A stretch of DNA of 64,000 bases. Source: Gammaproteobacteria bacterium. GTDB lineage: Bacteria; Pseudomonadota; Gammaproteobacteria; Tenderiales; Tenderiaceae. The notes below the pieces were generated by a model. It did no database searches. It had not been told where the DNA came from and worked only from the letters and a program-made list of their open reading frames with translations. The DNA is taken from assembly GCA_021731365.1 (NCBI GenBank), contig JAKFXL010000036.1, positions 2,503 to 66,502 of the forward strand. The letters run 5' to 3'. Both the position numbers and the translations under genes were made by a program. This document shows positions 1 to 11,096 of the stretch, in pieces (position 1 is the first letter of the stretch; each line of letters begins with the position of its first letter).

Positions 1-40
1 AGCCGCCGCTGATCAACATCAAAACAGTGCTATTGTTCAT
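1..40 (-). CDS. 5' fragment of a PP-loop ATPase gene (QueC-like), running off the window start
   Basis: Minus-strand ATG at 40 with upstream AAGGGGTGAG. Reads MNNSTVLMLISGG, i.e. a hydrophobic strand plus SGG as in the SGGxDS PP-loop. Only 13 codons are visible. Confidence 0.4.
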   Translation of the reverse strand, partial: MNNSTVLMLISGG

Positions 41-66
41 CTCACCCCTTATTGCAAAGATAGATT

Positions 67-777
67 ATGAAATATTCTACCCCACTCCAGCGTGTCACCC
101 TGATCAAACGTTATAAGCGTTTTCTTGGCGATGTATTGCTGGAGGATGGCCGTGAAATGACCGTACATACCCCCAACACTGGCAGCATGTTGGGGTGTGC
201 CGAGCCAGGAAGCCATGTCTGGATTCGTGACTCCGGTAGCGAGACCCGAAAATATCGCCACAGCTGGGAGTTGAGTGAGCTGGCTTCGGGTACGTTGATT
301 GGAGTGAATACAGGGTTGGCCAACGCCCTGGTGGTGGAGGCGATTCGCAATGGCGTAGTGCCTGCACTCAGTGGTTATAGCGGATTGCGGACCGAGGTTG
401 CCTATGGTCAGGAGCGTAGCCGTATCGATATTCTGCTGGAGGGCAGTGGTCGACCCCCCTGTTATGTTGAGGTGAAAAATGTGACGGCGCGCCGTGGCGA
501 TCAGGCGATCTTCCCTGATGCAGTGACTGCACGGGGGACCAAACACCTGCGTGAACTGATGCAGGTGGTGGCGGATGGCGGGCGTGGGGTGATCTTTTTC
601 TGTGTGCAGCGGGAGGATGTCGAGGCCTTTCGTCCGGCCTATGAGATCGACCCTCTCTATGCCGAGACCTTAAAGCAGGCCGCCACTGCTGGGGTAGAGG
701 TGATGGCGTGGCGAGCCAACCTCACCCCTGAGGCGGTGGTGTTGCAGCAGCCGCTGCCGGCTCTGCTGGAGTGGTAG
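67..777 (+). CDS. sfsA: DNA/RNA nuclease SfsA
   Basis: RYKRF, HTPNTGSM, SRIDILL, EVKNVT, FPDAVTARGTKHLREL motifs. Confidence 0.95.
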   Translation: MKYSTPLQRVTLIKRYKRFLGDVLLEDGREMTVHTPNTGSMLGCAEPGSHVWIRDSGSETRKYRHSWELSELASGTLIGVNTGLANALVVEAIRNGVVPALSGYSGLRTEVAYGQERSRIDILLEGSGRPPCYVEVKNVTARRGDQAIFPDAVTARGTKHLRELMQVVADGGRGVIFFCVQREDVEAFRPAYEIDPLYAETLKQAATAGVEVMAWRANLTPEAVVLQQPLPALLEW

Positions 778-1426
778 GTGGCTTTTTCTGTGTGCTTTTG
801 GAAAAGCTGATCTTTGCCGGGGCGATGGCACCGCCGGAGATGATAAATGTCATCGCCTCCTCCATGGTCCAGTCGGTGGAGATCAGGTTTTCCACCGGTA
901 CAATCTCCAGATAACCTGAGGTTGGGTTGGGGGTGGTCGGTACGTAGACCGCCGCCAGTTCCTGGCCAGTATGTTCATCAATCATGACCCGGGTGACAAA
1001 TCCGACTGTTTTCATATGAGGGGATGGAAACTCGATCAGCACCACGCGGTGTAGCTTCTCCGGCTTTTGCTGCAGGACAGTCAGTAGTTTTTTGGTGGAG
1101 CCGTAGATAGTCTGCAACAGGGGGATTTTGTTAATCAGGATATCGAGCCAGGAGAGTATCTTGACGCCAATCACACGGGTAGCAAACCATCCCAACAGAT
1201 AGAGCGCTGCTATGGTAATGACAACCGCCAGGGCGTGTTGAACCCAGGGGTGCAGCAGCCACTGGCTGAAATTCAGGCCGGGCAGATAGCGTTCTATGCC
1301 ATCAAACAGGGCTTGAACCCAGGGCAAACCGGCCTTGGAGAGCTGGCGAAATATAAAATCAAAGACCAGCCATGTGATCCAGATTGGTATAGCGGTGATG
1401 ACACCCGCGATCAGGTAGCGCTGCAT
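722..1426 (-). CDS. DUF502 family membrane protein
   Basis: Two TM segments, KIPLLQTIYGSTKK and VYVPTTPNPTSGYL signature. ATG at 1426 (alternative TTG at 1450). Confidence 0.9.
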   Translation of the reverse strand: MQRYLIAGVITAIPIWITWLVFDFIFRQLSKAGLPWVQALFDGIERYLPGLNFSQWLLHPWVQHALAVVITIAALYLLGWFATRVIGVKILSWLDILINKIPLLQTIYGSTKKLLTVLQQKPEKLHRVVLIEFPSPHMKTVGFVTRVMIDEHTGQELAAVYVPTTPNPTSGYLEIVPVENLISTDWTMEEAMTFIISGGAIAPAKISFSKSTQKKPPTTPAEPAAAAATPPPQG

Positions 1427-1789
1427 ATGGGGAAATTGAATCTTTTTCAATTGGGTAAAAACCTATCTACTGTATGGGACAAAATCAAGGTAGAGACAGT
1501 TGGATCATCTCTTGGCAGGGTGGTGGTTAGGATACCCGTTTTGGACGTGAAAATATATTGCTCCTGCGCCGTGCAGGCAGGTTGACGGCATTACCCTCCC
1601 GTTTCCACTGCTTGTATGGTGGGTGTTGCTGTACCGTATGAATAGGGGTGGGTTATACCCGTCCCGTTTCCTAATGCCGATGTTGGTCATGGGCGGTGGG
1701 GCGTTGGCGCTATCTGCCTAAGTGGCGCATCTAAATGGTGTTTCGGGTATACTGCAACCACGTTTCACGCTCGGTAGAACTAACTTTTC

Positions 1790-4591
1790 ATGAATCTGTT
1801 TTTTGCGGTACTTACCCCTTTTCTAGGTGCTGTGCTGGTGGCGTGGGCCTCCCGCTTTGGGCGATCTCATGCCGCCTGGGCGGCAGGCGGCGTGGCGTTG
1901 ACTGCGCTGGCCTGGTTGTCGCCGCTGCTGTCGCAGCCATTTGCTGGCACAACAGTGGTGCAGCGCCTTGAGTGGATGCCATCGGTGGGGCTTGATCTGG
2001 TCTTCCGCCTGGATGGGCTGGGGCTGCTGTTTGCCGGACTGATCCTGGGTATCGGCCTTCTGGTGATCCTCTATGCCCGTTACTACCTCTCGGAACGTGA
2101 CAGCATGGGGCGTCTTTACGCCTATCTGCTGCTCTTTATGGGTTCCATGCTGGGGGTGGTGCTCTCTGAAAACCTGATCCAGCTGCTGATTTTCTGGGAG
2201 CTGACCAGCCTCTCCTCATTTCTGTTAATTGCCTATTGGCGCGAGCGCGAGATGGCGCGCATGGGCGCACGTATGGCGCTGGCAATCACCGGTGCTGGTG
2301 GCTTGGCACTGCTGGGGGGGATCCTGCTGCTGGGCGAGATCACGGGCAGTTATGAACTGTCGGTGATTCTGGCATCGGGAGACCTTATTCGTGGCCATTC
2401 ACTCTATCTGCCTACACTAATATTGGTATTGCTGGGGGCGTTTACCAAGTCGGCTCAGTTCCCCTTCCATTTCTGGTTGCCTCATGCCATGGCGGCCCCC
2501 ACCCCGGTGTCGGCCTATCTGCATTCGGCGACGATGGTGAAGGCGGGGGTGTTTCTGCTGGCGCGTCTCTTTCCGGCGCTGTCGGGTACGCCAGAGTGGT
2601 CCTGGCTGGTGGGTGGGGCGGGACTGTGTACGCTGTTGCTGGGGGCGGTGGTTGCGCTGTTCAAACATGACTTGAAGGGGCTGCTGGCCTATTCCACTAT
2701 CAGCCATTTGGGGTTGATTACACTGCTGTTTGGCATTGCCACCCCGATGGCCGTGGTGGCTGGGGTATTCCACATTATCAATCACGCCATCTTTAAGGCA
2801 TCACTATTTATGGCCGCCGGCATTATCGACCATGAGACCGGTACCCGCGATATGCGTCGTATGCAGGGGCTTTGGCAGTTTATGCCGTTTACTGCGACGT
2901 TGGCCATGGTGGCGGCGGCGTCGATGGCGGGGGTGCCACTGTTTAACGGTTTCCTGTCGAAGGAGATGTTGTTTGTTGAGGCGAGTGAGATGGCGTCGCA
3001 GCAGAGTTTTGGCTGGCTGTTGCCGGTGACGGTGACGGTGGCGGGTATTTTTGCCGTGGCCTACTCATTACGCTTTATCCATGATGTCTTTTTTGGCGGC
3101 AAGCCGCTTGAGTTGCCCCGGACGCCCCATGAGCCACCGCGCTGGATGAAGGTGCCTGTGGAGGTGCTGGTACTGCTGTGTCTGGTGGTGGGGCTGTTTC
3201 CGGCACAGACGGTAGCGCCACTGCTGGCGGTGGCGGCGGCGAGCACGCTGCAGACGGCGTTGCCGGAGTATAACCTGGCGATTTGGCACGGTTTTAACCC
3301 GGCGTTGTGGATGAGTGTGACGGCCCTGGTGGGGGGGGTGTTGCTCTATCTTGTGCGCAGACCGTTCTCTCTTTTACATGACCGTTTTGAAGGCCAGCTG
3401 GATGCCCGCCGTCTCTACAACGCCCTGCTGCAGGGGTTAATGGTCATTGCCCGGCGGATAACCGCGCTGCTTGATGTTGGTTCATTGCAACGGATGGTCT
3501 TTGTATTTATTGGCTTTGCGCTGTTGCTGGGGTGGATGGGCTGGAGTGGTGATCGGTCAGTGCTGACTGGGTCACGGCCACTGTTGCCAGTGGATGCGAT
3601 GAGTCTGTTGGTGACCGCTGTGCTGACAGTGATCTCTGTTGCTGTTGTAATTTTGCATCGACAGCGGTTTACAGCCTTGGTTCTGGTAGGGTTTGTGGGG
3701 TTGGTGGTGTCGTTGATTTTTGTGAAGTTTTCTGCCCCGGATCTTGCCCTGACCCAACTGCTGGTTGAGGTGGTAACAGTGGTGCTGCTGCTACTGGCGC
3801 TCTATTTTCTGCCTCAGCACTCGCCTGTTGAGTCCCATCCGCTACGTCGGAGCCGGGATGGGCTGCTGGCCCTGTTGGTGGGGGGCGGTGTGGGTGCCCT
3901 GGCGTGGGCGGTATTGACCCGGCCCCACAGCAGCATCGGCGATTTTTTCCTGGCGAACAGCGTTTCGGGTGGCGGTGGGAGCAACGTGGTGAATGTGATT
4001 CTGGTCGATTTCCGCGGGTTTGATACGCTGGGCGAGATTACGGTACTGGCGTTGGCGGGGCTGGCGGTCTACGCCTTGCTGGAGAAGCTTCATATTAGTG
4101 GTCCATCCCAGAATGCCGATGGACGTGATTGGAACTGGGATCTGCATCCGGTCATTATGGCGTCATTCACCCGCCTGTTGCTGCCGCTGGCGCTGCTGGT
4201 CTCGGTGTTCATCCTGTTGCGCGGCCATAACTTGCCCGGCGGCGGTTTTATCGCCGGTCTGGTGACGGCAGTGGCGCTGATCATGCAGTATCTGGCCAAT
4301 GGTGTGGCCTGGACCCACTCCCGCTTGTCGGCCAACATGCATCCGGTGGTGGGGGTGGGGCTGCTTATTGCGACGTTGACTGGATTGGGCAGTTTTGTGT
4401 TTGGTTACCCCTTCCTCACCTCCACATTTGGGCATATGAAGTGGCCGCTGGTAGGTGATTTTGAGTTGGCATCGGCGATGGCCTTTGATCTGGGGGTCTA
4501 TCTGGTGGTGGTCGGGGCAACGTTGTTGATATTGATACACCTGGGTTTGATGCACGGTAAAGAGCCCGTTCGTGGCAAGGGAGGACACTGA
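1790..4591 (+). CDS. mrpA: Mrp/Pha/Mnh Na+(K+)/H+ antiporter subunit A fused to B (group 2 operon)
   Basis: FTKSAQFPFHFWLPHAMAAPTPVSAYLHSATMVKAG, DFRGFDTLGE, and MrpB-like GHNLPGGGFIAG in one 933-aa ORF. Confidence 0.95.
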   Translation: MNLFFAVLTPFLGAVLVAWASRFGRSHAAWAAGGVALTALAWLSPLLSQPFAGTTVVQRLEWMPSVGLDLVFRLDGLGLLFAGLILGIGLLVILYARYYLSERDSMGRLYAYLLLFMGSMLGVVLSENLIQLLIFWELTSLSSFLLIAYWREREMARMGARMALAITGAGGLALLGGILLLGEITGSYELSVILASGDLIRGHSLYLPTLILVLLGAFTKSAQFPFHFWLPHAMAAPTPVSAYLHSATMVKAGVFLLARLFPALSGTPEWSWLVGGAGLCTLLLGAVVALFKHDLKGLLAYSTISHLGLITLLFGIATPMAVVAGVFHIINHAIFKASLFMAAGIIDHETGTRDMRRMQGLWQFMPFTATLAMVAAASMAGVPLFNGFLSKEMLFVEASEMASQQSFGWLLPVTVTVAGIFAVAYSLRFIHDVFFGGKPLELPRTPHEPPRWMKVPVEVLVLLCLVVGLFPAQTVAPLLAVAAASTLQTALPEYNLAIWHGFNPALWMSVTALVGGVLLYLVRRPFSLLHDRFEGQLDARRLYNALLQGLMVIARRITALLDVGSLQRMVFVFIGFALLLGWMGWSGDRSVLTGSRPLLPVDAMSLLVTAVLTVISVAVVILHRQRFTALVLVGFVGLVVSLIFVKFSAPDLALTQLLVEVVTVVLLLLALYFLPQHSPVESHPLRRSRDGLLALLVGGGVGALAWAVLTRPHSSIGDFFLANSVSGGGGSNVVNVILVDFRGFDTLGEITVLALAGLAVYALLEKLHISGPSQNADGRDWNWDLHPVIMASFTRLLLPLALLVSVFILLRGHNLPGGGFIAGLVTAVALIMQYLANGVAWTHSRLSANMHPVVGVGLLIATLTGLGSFVFGYPFLTSTFGHMKWPLVGDFELASAMAFDLGVYLVVVGATLLILIHLGLMHGKEPVRGKGGH

Positions 4592-4914
4592 TGGAAGCGC
4601 TGCTTGCCTTTGTGATTGGTCTGCTTACCGCCTGCGGGGTTTATCTTGCGTTACGTGGGCGTACCTTCCCGGTGGTGCTGGGGCTGACCTTTATCTCTTA
4701 TGCGGTCAATCTGTTCCTGTTCAGCATGGGGCGGCTCAGCATTGGCCAGCCGCCGGTGATCAGTGTTAGCGCTAACGCCTATGCTGATCCAGTGCCTCAA
4801 GCCCTGGTGCTGACCGCTATTGTTATCGGCTTTGCCATGACCGCCTTTGTTATCGTGCTGGCATTAAAAGCGCGGGCGGATCTGGGCAACGACCATGTAG
4901 ATGGACAGAATTAA
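4591..4914 (+). CDS. mrpC: Mrp antiporter subunit C
   Basis: DPVPQALVLTAIVIGFA motif; operon order. Confidence 0.95.
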   Translation: MEALLAFVIGLLTACGVYLALRGRTFPVVLGLTFISYAVNLFLFSMGRLSIGQPPVISVSANAYADPVPQALVLTAIVIGFAMTAFVIVLALKARADLGNDHVDGQN

Positions 4915-4917
4915 ACA

Positions 4918-6429
4918 ATGAACCACCTTGTTATTGCACCCCTGTTATTGCCCTTGCTGGTTGGTATTGTGTTGATACTGACCCAGCGTATGGATATCCG
5001 CCTGCACCGGCTGTTGAGTGTGGTGGCGGTGCTTGCCCAGATTGGTCTGGCACTGCTTCTGACCCGAGTGGTGAGTGGTGGCGATATCCTGGTTTACAAT
5101 CTGGGTAACTGGTCTGGCCCTTTTGGTATCGTGCTGGTGGCCGATGGATTGGCAGTCTGGATGTTGCTGATTACCGCACTGCTGGCGCTGTTTGCGTTGC
5201 TATACGCCTGTCAGGGCGGTGATGTTAACGGACGCCATTTTCATGCCCTGTTCCAGCTGCAGCTGCTGGGTCTGAACGGTGCGTTTCTTACTGGTGATCT
5301 GTTTAACCTGTTTGTCTTTTTCGAAGTGCTGTTGTTGGCGTCTTACGGTCTGATTTTGCATGGTGGAGGGCGTGCGCGGGTGCGGGCGGGGCTGCATTAT
5401 GTGGTGCTCAATCTGGCAGGTTCGGCGCTGTTTCTGATTGCGGTGGGTACACTCTACGGCGTGTTTGGCACACTCAACATGGCTGATCTGGCACTGAAGG
5501 TGGCGGCTACGCCGGAGCAGGATCTGGGGCTGGCAAAGGCCGCCGGTCTGCTGCTGTTTGCGGTGTTTGCCCTGAAGGCGGCATTGTTGCCGCTCTATCT
5601 CTGGCTGCCTGCCGCCTACGCCCATACCAGTGCCCCGGTGGCAGCCCTGTTTGCCATCATGACCAAGGTGGGGGTCTACAGCATTATCCGGGTCTATAGC
5701 CTCATTTTTGGCGCTGATGCCGGCCCCGCCGCAAACCTGATCGAGCCATGGCTGTTACCTTTGGCGATGATGACGCTATTGGTTGGGATGCTGGGGGCAT
5801 TGGCAGCCACCGGTTTACGGCAGCAGGCGGCCTATCTGGTGGTTGCTTCGGTGGGGTCGTTGTTGACGGCATTTGGCCTGAATAATCCTGAAGGTATTGC
5901 GGCGGCGCTGTATTACCTGCCACATTCAACCTTTGCCGCTGCGGCGCTGTTTTTGTTGACGGATGTGATGGCTAACCGGCGTGGTGAGGTGGGTGACCGT
6001 TTTGAGCCGGCCCCGGCTATTGCCCATGCCCCACTATTAGGCGGGCTATTTTTTGTGGCGGTGCTGTTAACTATTGGTTTGCCACCACTCTCCGGTTTTA
6101 TTGGGAAGTTTCTACTGTTGCGTGCCTCAATGGAGCATGTGGCGGTTGTCTGGGTGATGGCGATAGTGTTGTCGGGCGGTTTGATGGGGATGATCGCCAT
6201 GGCGCGGAGTGGCAGCCTGCTCTTTTTCCGCACCCTGCCGCTGGGGGGGGCAGCCCGGCCTGTGGCTCCAGCCGTGGTGCCCGTATTGGTTCCAGTGGTT
6301 GGTTTGTTGATGCTGGGGATTGCCATGACCCTGTTTGCCGGGCCAATACATCTGTATGTCTCCGCCATCGCGGAGCAGCTGTTGCGGCCTGATCTCTACA
6401 TTTATGCTGTTTTGGGGGAGCATTTATGA
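4918..6429 (+). CDS. mrpD: Mrp antiporter subunit D
   Basis: GAFLTGDLFNLFVFFEVLL, WLPAAY, GLPPLSGFIGK. Confidence 0.95.
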   Translation: MNHLVIAPLLLPLLVGIVLILTQRMDIRLHRLLSVVAVLAQIGLALLLTRVVSGGDILVYNLGNWSGPFGIVLVADGLAVWMLLITALLALFALLYACQGGDVNGRHFHALFQLQLLGLNGAFLTGDLFNLFVFFEVLLLASYGLILHGGGRARVRAGLHYVVLNLAGSALFLIAVGTLYGVFGTLNMADLALKVAATPEQDLGLAKAAGLLLFAVFALKAALLPLYLWLPAAYAHTSAPVAALFAIMTKVGVYSIIRVYSLIFGADAGPAANLIEPWLLPLAMMTLLVGMLGALAATGLRQQAAYLVVASVGSLLTAFGLNNPEGIAAALYYLPHSTFAAAALFLLTDVMANRRGEVGDRFEPAPAIAHAPLLGGLFFVAVLLTIGLPPLSGFIGKFLLLRASMEHVAVVWVMAIVLSGGLMGMIAMARSGSLLFFRTLPLGGAARPVAPAVVPVLVPVVGLLMLGIAMTLFAGPIHLYVSAIAEQLLRPDLYIYAVLGEHL

Positions 6430-6920
6430 GACATCGTCTACTGCCTCATCCACTCCTGACACTGGTGTTGGTGGGTATCTGGCTGTTGCTCAACAATACC
6501 TTTGCCCCAGGTCATGTTGTGTTGGGCCTGATTCTGGGCTGGGCGATTCCGATGTTTACCGTGCGCTTCTGGCCGGAGCGGGTGAGTATCAACAGACCAC
6601 TGCTTCTGCTGCGTTTTATTGCCGTGGTGCTGTGGGATATTGTGGTGGCTAATCTAGCGGTAGCGTGGCTGATTGTGGGGCGACCACAATCGTTGCGTCC
6701 GGCTTTCCTGGCGGTACCGCTGGTGCTGAAAAGCGACCTTGCTATCGGCCTGCTGGCCAATACTATCTGCCTCACACCGGGCACGGTGTCGGCACAGTTG
6801 AGTGAGGATCGGCGTTTTCTGCTGGTACATGCCCTGGACGCGGCGGATGGTGATGCTGTGATCGCCGAAATTAAACGGCGTTATGAGCAGCCCCTGAAAG
6901 AGGTGTTTGAATCATGCTGA
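6426..6920 (+). CDS. mrpE: Mrp antiporter subunit E
   Basis: LANTICLTPGT and LLVHALD motifs. Confidence 0.93.
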   Translation: MRHRLLPHPLLTLVLVGIWLLLNNTFAPGHVVLGLILGWAIPMFTVRFWPERVSINRPLLLLRFIAVVLWDIVVANLAVAWLIVGRPQSLRPAFLAVPLVLKSDLAIGLLANTICLTPGTVSAQLSEDRRFLLVHALDAADGDAVIAEIKRRYEQPLKEVFESC

Positions 6921-7183
6921 CAGTGGCACTCTCCATTGCCTTTGTATTGGTGGGCGCTGCCGTGGTGCTGAGTGCGTGGCGTCTGTTGCGTGGCCCCAGT
7001 GCGCCGGACCGCATTCTGGCACTGGACACGCTCTATATAAACGCCATCGCCCTATTGGTGTTGCTGGGGATTCATCTGGGTAGTGCGCTCTACTTTGAGG
7101 CGGCATTGCTGATTGCCATGATGGGGTTTGTGGGGACGGTGGCACTCTGTAAATATCTGTTGCGCGGCGACATCATCGAATAG
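6914..7183 (+). CDS. mrpF: Mrp antiporter subunit F
   Basis: RLLRGPSAPDRILALD motif. Confidence 0.93.
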   Translation: MLTVALSIAFVLVGAAVVLSAWRLLRGPSAPDRILALDTLYINAIALLVLLGIHLGSALYFEAALLIAMMGFVGTVALCKYLLRGDIIE

Positions 7184-7193
7184 GGGCGGATTT

Positions 7194-7517
7194 ATGTTGG
7201 AATATCTATTGTCATTTCTGATCCTGGCCGGGGCGCTGTTTACCTTTGTGGGTTCTTTAGGGTTGGCACGGTTACGTGATTTTTATACCCGTCTGCATGG
7301 TCCTACCAAGGCGAGTACCCTGGGTGTTGGTTGTCTGTTAATTGCCTCGGCGCTCTTTTTTAGCACGCGGAGTGAGGGCATAAGCCTGCATGAGGTACTG
7401 GTAACACTGTTTCTGTTTATCACCGCGCCGATATCGGCCCATCTGTTGGCAAAAGCGGCGCTGCACCTGGGATTGACCTCTTTGGCACCGCCACCGGAAG
7501 ATAAACCCCGCCGCTAG
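7194..7517 (+). CDS. mrpG: Mrp antiporter subunit G
   Basis: DFYTRLHGPTKASTLG and FITAPISAH; ATG at 7194 just after the mrpF stop. Confidence 0.93.
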   Translation: MLEYLLSFLILAGALFTFVGSLGLARLRDFYTRLHGPTKASTLGVGCLLIASALFFSTRSEGISLHEVLVTLFLFITAPISAHLLAKAALHLGLTSLAPPPEDKPRR

Positions 7518-7646
7518 TTTTGTGGTTCGGGCCGGGTGGTTCCGGCAATTGTCTGGCGGCTGTTTTGCCACTTGGCCATACCCTACGCCCCTAGTGTAAA
7601 ATGGCATTCTAAATAAATCAGCAGTACTTAATGGAAGGGAACAGTT

Positions 7647-8258
7647 ATGACGACGGTGGCAACAAATATCCATTGGCACGCAGGGGTAGTGGGACGCCAG
7701 GAGCGTCAAAAACTCAATGGCCATCGCAGCGCCATTCTCTGGTTCACGGGCCTTTCAGGTGCCGGTAAATCGACCCTGGCCAATGCCGTTGAAGAGACGC
7801 TTTACCAGCTAGGTCACCGTACATTTGTACTGGATGGTGACAATGTACGCCACGGTTTGTGCAAAGATCTGGGGTTTTCTGACCAGGATCGCACCGAAAA
7901 TATCCGCCGTATTGGTGAAGTGGCCAAACTGTTTGTTGATGGCGGCGTGCTGGCGCTGACAGCGTTTATCTCGCCGTTCCGCTCTGACCGCGACACTGTG
8001 CGTGCATTGATGGCTGAGGGCGACTTTATTGAGATCTATTGCCAGTGTGACCTGTCGGTATGTGAAGAGCGTGATGTGAAGGGGCTGTATAAAAAGGCCC
8101 GTGCCGGTGAGATTCCACACTTCACCGGTATCTCCTCACCGTATGAGGAGCCATTGAACGCTGAGATTGTTGTTAATACTGCCGCGCAGCCGATTGAAGT
8201 AAGTGTGGCCCAGGTGATCGACGCACTGCGGGCGCGGAACGTTATTCCGGCCCTTTAA
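7647..8258 (+). CDS. cysC: Adenylyl-sulfate kinase
   Basis: [13 protein letters not shown]-loop, [25 protein letters not shown]. Confidence 0.96.
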   Translation: MTTVATNIHWHAGVVGRQERQKLNGHRSAILWFTGLSGAGKSTLANAVEETLYQLGHRTFVLDGDNVRHGLCKDLGFSDQDRTENIRRIGEVAKLFVDGGVLALTAFISPFRSDRDTVRALMAEGDFIEIYCQCDLSVCEERDVKGLYKKARAGEIPHFTGISSPYEEPLNAEIVVNTAAQPIEVSVAQVIDALRARNVIPAL

Positions 8259-8330
8259 TACGTCTGGCAGACCTGATGGTGCGTTGGGTCTGCCCTATTA
8301 TAAAAAAGAATATAAAAAGAACCCTTATAT

Positions 8331-9347
8331 ATGTACGGTCTTTACCCACTGATCAGACCTTTAGTCTTCTGCCTTGATGCGGAGAGTGCCCACCATTTGA
8401 CCCTCTGCGCACTTAAAAAGGCCCATAAAATAGGGCTGTTAAAAGAGGCTGCGGTCGCCACAGGTAAGGGTGTTGAAGTGATGGGCCTCCACTTTCCATC
8501 CGTGGTGGGTCTGGCCGCCGGATTGGATAAAAACGGTGACTTTATCGATGCGTTGGGTGCGCTCGGTTTTGGTTTTATCGAGGTAGGTACCGTCACGCCG
8601 CGTCCCCAGCCGGGCAACCCCAAGCCGCGCCTGTTTCGGATTCCTGAGGCACAAGCGATCATCAACCGCATGGGGTTTAATAATCTTGGTGTTGATCATC
8701 TGATCGATCAGGTAAACAGCAGCCGTTACCGAGGCATTATCGGTATCAACATCGGCAAAAACTTTGATACGCCGATTGAACGGGCGGTGGATGACTATCT
8801 GATCGGACTGGATAAGGTCTTTCCCTTTGCCAGTTATGTGACCGTCAATATCTCCTCTCCCAATACCGCCAATCTGCGCGATCTACAATCCAGGGATCAG
8901 CTGGCAGCGCTGTTGGGCCCCTTAAAAGAGCGGCAACAGCAGTTACAACAGCAGCATCAGCGCACTGTGCCGCTGGTATTGAAAATTGCACCGGACATGG
9001 ATGAAGAGACCTTGGCAGCCCTGGCGGAGACGTTGCTGGTGCACGAGATTGACGGTGTGATCGCTACCAATACCACGCTCTCACGTCAGGGGGTGGAGCA
9101 TAGCCGCCACGGCAATGAGCAAGGCGGGCTGAGCGGTGCACCGTTGACCCAACGCTCCACCGCCGTTGTGAAGGCGCTTTATCAACAGCTGGGCGATAAG
9201 ATACCGATCATTGCGGCAGGTGGCATTGTCTCCGCCGACGATGCCCAGGCCAAACTGGACGCCGGTGCCAAACTGGTGCAGGTCTATAGTGGGTTAATAT
9301 ATAGAGGCCCGCAGCTAGTACAGGAGATTGTCAGGCGTTGCCAATGA
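8331..9347 (+). CDS. pyrD: Quinone-dependent dihydroorotate dehydrogenase
   Basis: [34 protein letters not shown]. Confidence 0.97.
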   Translation: MYGLYPLIRPLVFCLDAESAHHLTLCALKKAHKIGLLKEAAVATGKGVEVMGLHFPSVVGLAAGLDKNGDFIDALGALGFGFIEVGTVTPRPQPGNPKPRLFRIPEAQAIINRMGFNNLGVDHLIDQVNSSRYRGIIGINIGKNFDTPIERAVDDYLIGLDKVFPFASYVTVNISSPNTANLRDLQSRDQLAALLGPLKERQQQLQQQHQRTVPLVLKIAPDMDEETLAALAETLLVHEIDGVIATNTTLSRQGVEHSRHGNEQGGLSGAPLTQRSTAVVKALYQQLGDKIPIIAAGGIVSADDAQAKLDAGAKLVQVYSGLIYRGPQLVQEIVRRCQ

Positions 9348-10267
9348 TTCCCGCTATTCAGATCGATAACGTACATAAACATTACGGTAAGGTGCACGCC
9401 CTCAGGGGCATGTCGCTGACCATTCAGCAGGGCGAGTTTTTTGGCCTGCTGGGACCTAATGGTGCTGGTAAATCAACGCTGATCAACATCATCGCCGGGT
9501 TAACCCGCAAAAACAGTGGCAACGTGACCGTGATGGGGCACGATGTGGTCAAGGCCTACCGACAGTCGCGTTATTCACTGGGAGTGGTGCCACAGGAGCT
9601 GGTCTACGACCCCTTTTTTAACGTGCGCGAATTGCTGCAGATTCAGGCGGGCTACTTTGGCAAAGGAAAGGAGATCAACCCCTGGATAGATGAGCTGCTG
9701 GAGGGACTCAAACTGACCGATAAGGCAGACGTCAACATGCAGGCACTTTCCGGTGGCATGAAACGCCGGGTATTGATTGCCCAGGCGTTGGTACACAAAC
9801 CCCCCGTTGTCATCCTGGACGAGCCAACTGCAGGTGTTGATGTCGAACTGCGTAACTCACTCTGGCAGTTTGTACAGGGGCTGCACCGCGAGGGACATAC
9901 CATCGTGCTCACCACCCATTATCTCGAAGAGGCGGAAAATCTCTGTGAACGTATCGCCATTATTAATGATGGTGCCGTCGTGGCGCTGGATACAAAAGAG
10001 GCATTGCTGGAGCGTGGCGTGGGCAAAACATGCAAAGTGGTGATCACGCTGGCAAAACCATTGGAGCAGATTCCGGTTGCGTTGCAGCCGATGCTGAAAA
10101 CACATGAACAAAATCGAATCGAATTTACCTTGCAGCGTGGCAGTGACTCGATTATGGCGCTGATTAATACCCTGGTATCGGCGGGGGCGGAGATCAGCGA
10201 TATTAAAACCGAAGATGCCGATCTCGAAGATGTCTTTATTGAACTCACCCGGGCGGTAAACCAGTGA
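9344..10267 (+). CDS. ABC-2 type transporter ATP-binding protein (YadG-like)
   Basis: Walker [18 protein letters not shown] signature, [10 protein letters not shown]. Confidence 0.92.
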   Translation: MIPAIQIDNVHKHYGKVHALRGMSLTIQQGEFFGLLGPNGAGKSTLINIIAGLTRKNSGNVTVMGHDVVKAYRQSRYSLGVVPQELVYDPFFNVRELLQIQAGYFGKGKEINPWIDELLEGLKLTDKADVNMQALSGGMKRRVLIAQALVHKPPVVILDEPTAGVDVELRNSLWQFVQGLHREGHTIVLTTHYLEEAENLCERIAIINDGAVVALDTKEALLERGVGKTCKVVITLAKPLEQIPVALQPMLKTHEQNRIEFTLQRGSDSIMALINTLVSAGAEISDIKTEDADLEDVFIELTRAVNQ

Positions 10268-11025
10268 ACTGGCTCGGCATGTACACCCTGTTTTACAAAG
10301 AGCTGTTACGTTTCAGTAAGGTGATGTTGCAGACGGTTATGGCCCCCGTTGTCACGGCGTTGCTCTATCTGCTGGTCTTCTCCCATGTGCTGGATGAGCA
10401 CATCAACGTCTACGACAATGTGACCTACACTGCTTTTTTGATACCGGGTTTGATCATGATGTCGATCCTGCAAAACGCATTTTCCAACAGCTCCTCAAGC
10501 CTGATACAGTCAAAAATGACCGGCAACATCATCTTTGTGCTGCTCACACCACTCTCCTATCTGGAGTTTTACCTGGCATTTATGCTGGCCTCCATCATCC
10601 GCGGCCTAGCGGTGGGGTTGGGTATCTATTTAGTAGCGATCTTCTTCATTGATTTACCGCTGTATAGTTTTGGCTGGATGCTGCTGTTTGGTCTGGCGGG
10701 TAGCGCTGTGCTGGGCAGCGCCGGCATTATCACCGGCGTCTGGGCGGAAAAATATGATCATATTGCCGGCATTCAAAACTTCATTGTTGTTCCACTTTCG
10801 TTTCTGAGTGGTGTCTTCTATTCTATTCATTCACTGCCTGAGTTTTGGCAGCAGCTGTCACGCTTCAACCCTTTTTTCTATATGATCGATGGCTTTCGAT
10901 ACGGATTTTTTGGGGTGGCTGATGTCAACCCGGTGATTAGTCTCTTGATAGTGTTGGCCGCATGGTTGGCATTGGCGTGTGCAACCTTGATAATGTTGAA
11001 GTCAGGTTATAAATTACGCGACTAG
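10264..11025 (+). CDS. ABC-2 type transporter permease (YadH-like)
   Basis: FLIPGLIMMS, FLSGVFYS, NPFFYMIDGFRYGF; overlaps the ATPase stop codon. Confidence 0.92.
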   Translation: MNWLGMYTLFYKELLRFSKVMLQTVMAPVVTALLYLLVFSHVLDEHINVYDNVTYTAFLIPGLIMMSILQNAFSNSSSSLIQSKMTGNIIFVLLTPLSYLEFYLAFMLASIIRGLAVGLGIYLVAIFFIDLPLYSFGWMLLFGLAGSAVLGSAGIITGVWAEKYDHIAGIQNFIVVPLSFLSGVFYSIHSLPEFWQQLSRFNPFFYMIDGFRYGFFGVADVNPVISLLIVLAAWLALACATLIMLKSGYKLRD

Positions 11026-11096
11026 CGTTTGATGGTGATCTGAGTGATCTGCGACCAATTAAATGGTGGTAACCGTTCCAGGGAAAGGTAGACAAC

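Noticed and set aside
1451..1789. Na+/Li+ riboswitch (nhaA-I/II, DUF1646) upstream of the mrp operon
   Set aside because: The context is plausible but I could not match a consensus by eye. An Infernal/Rfam scan would decide.
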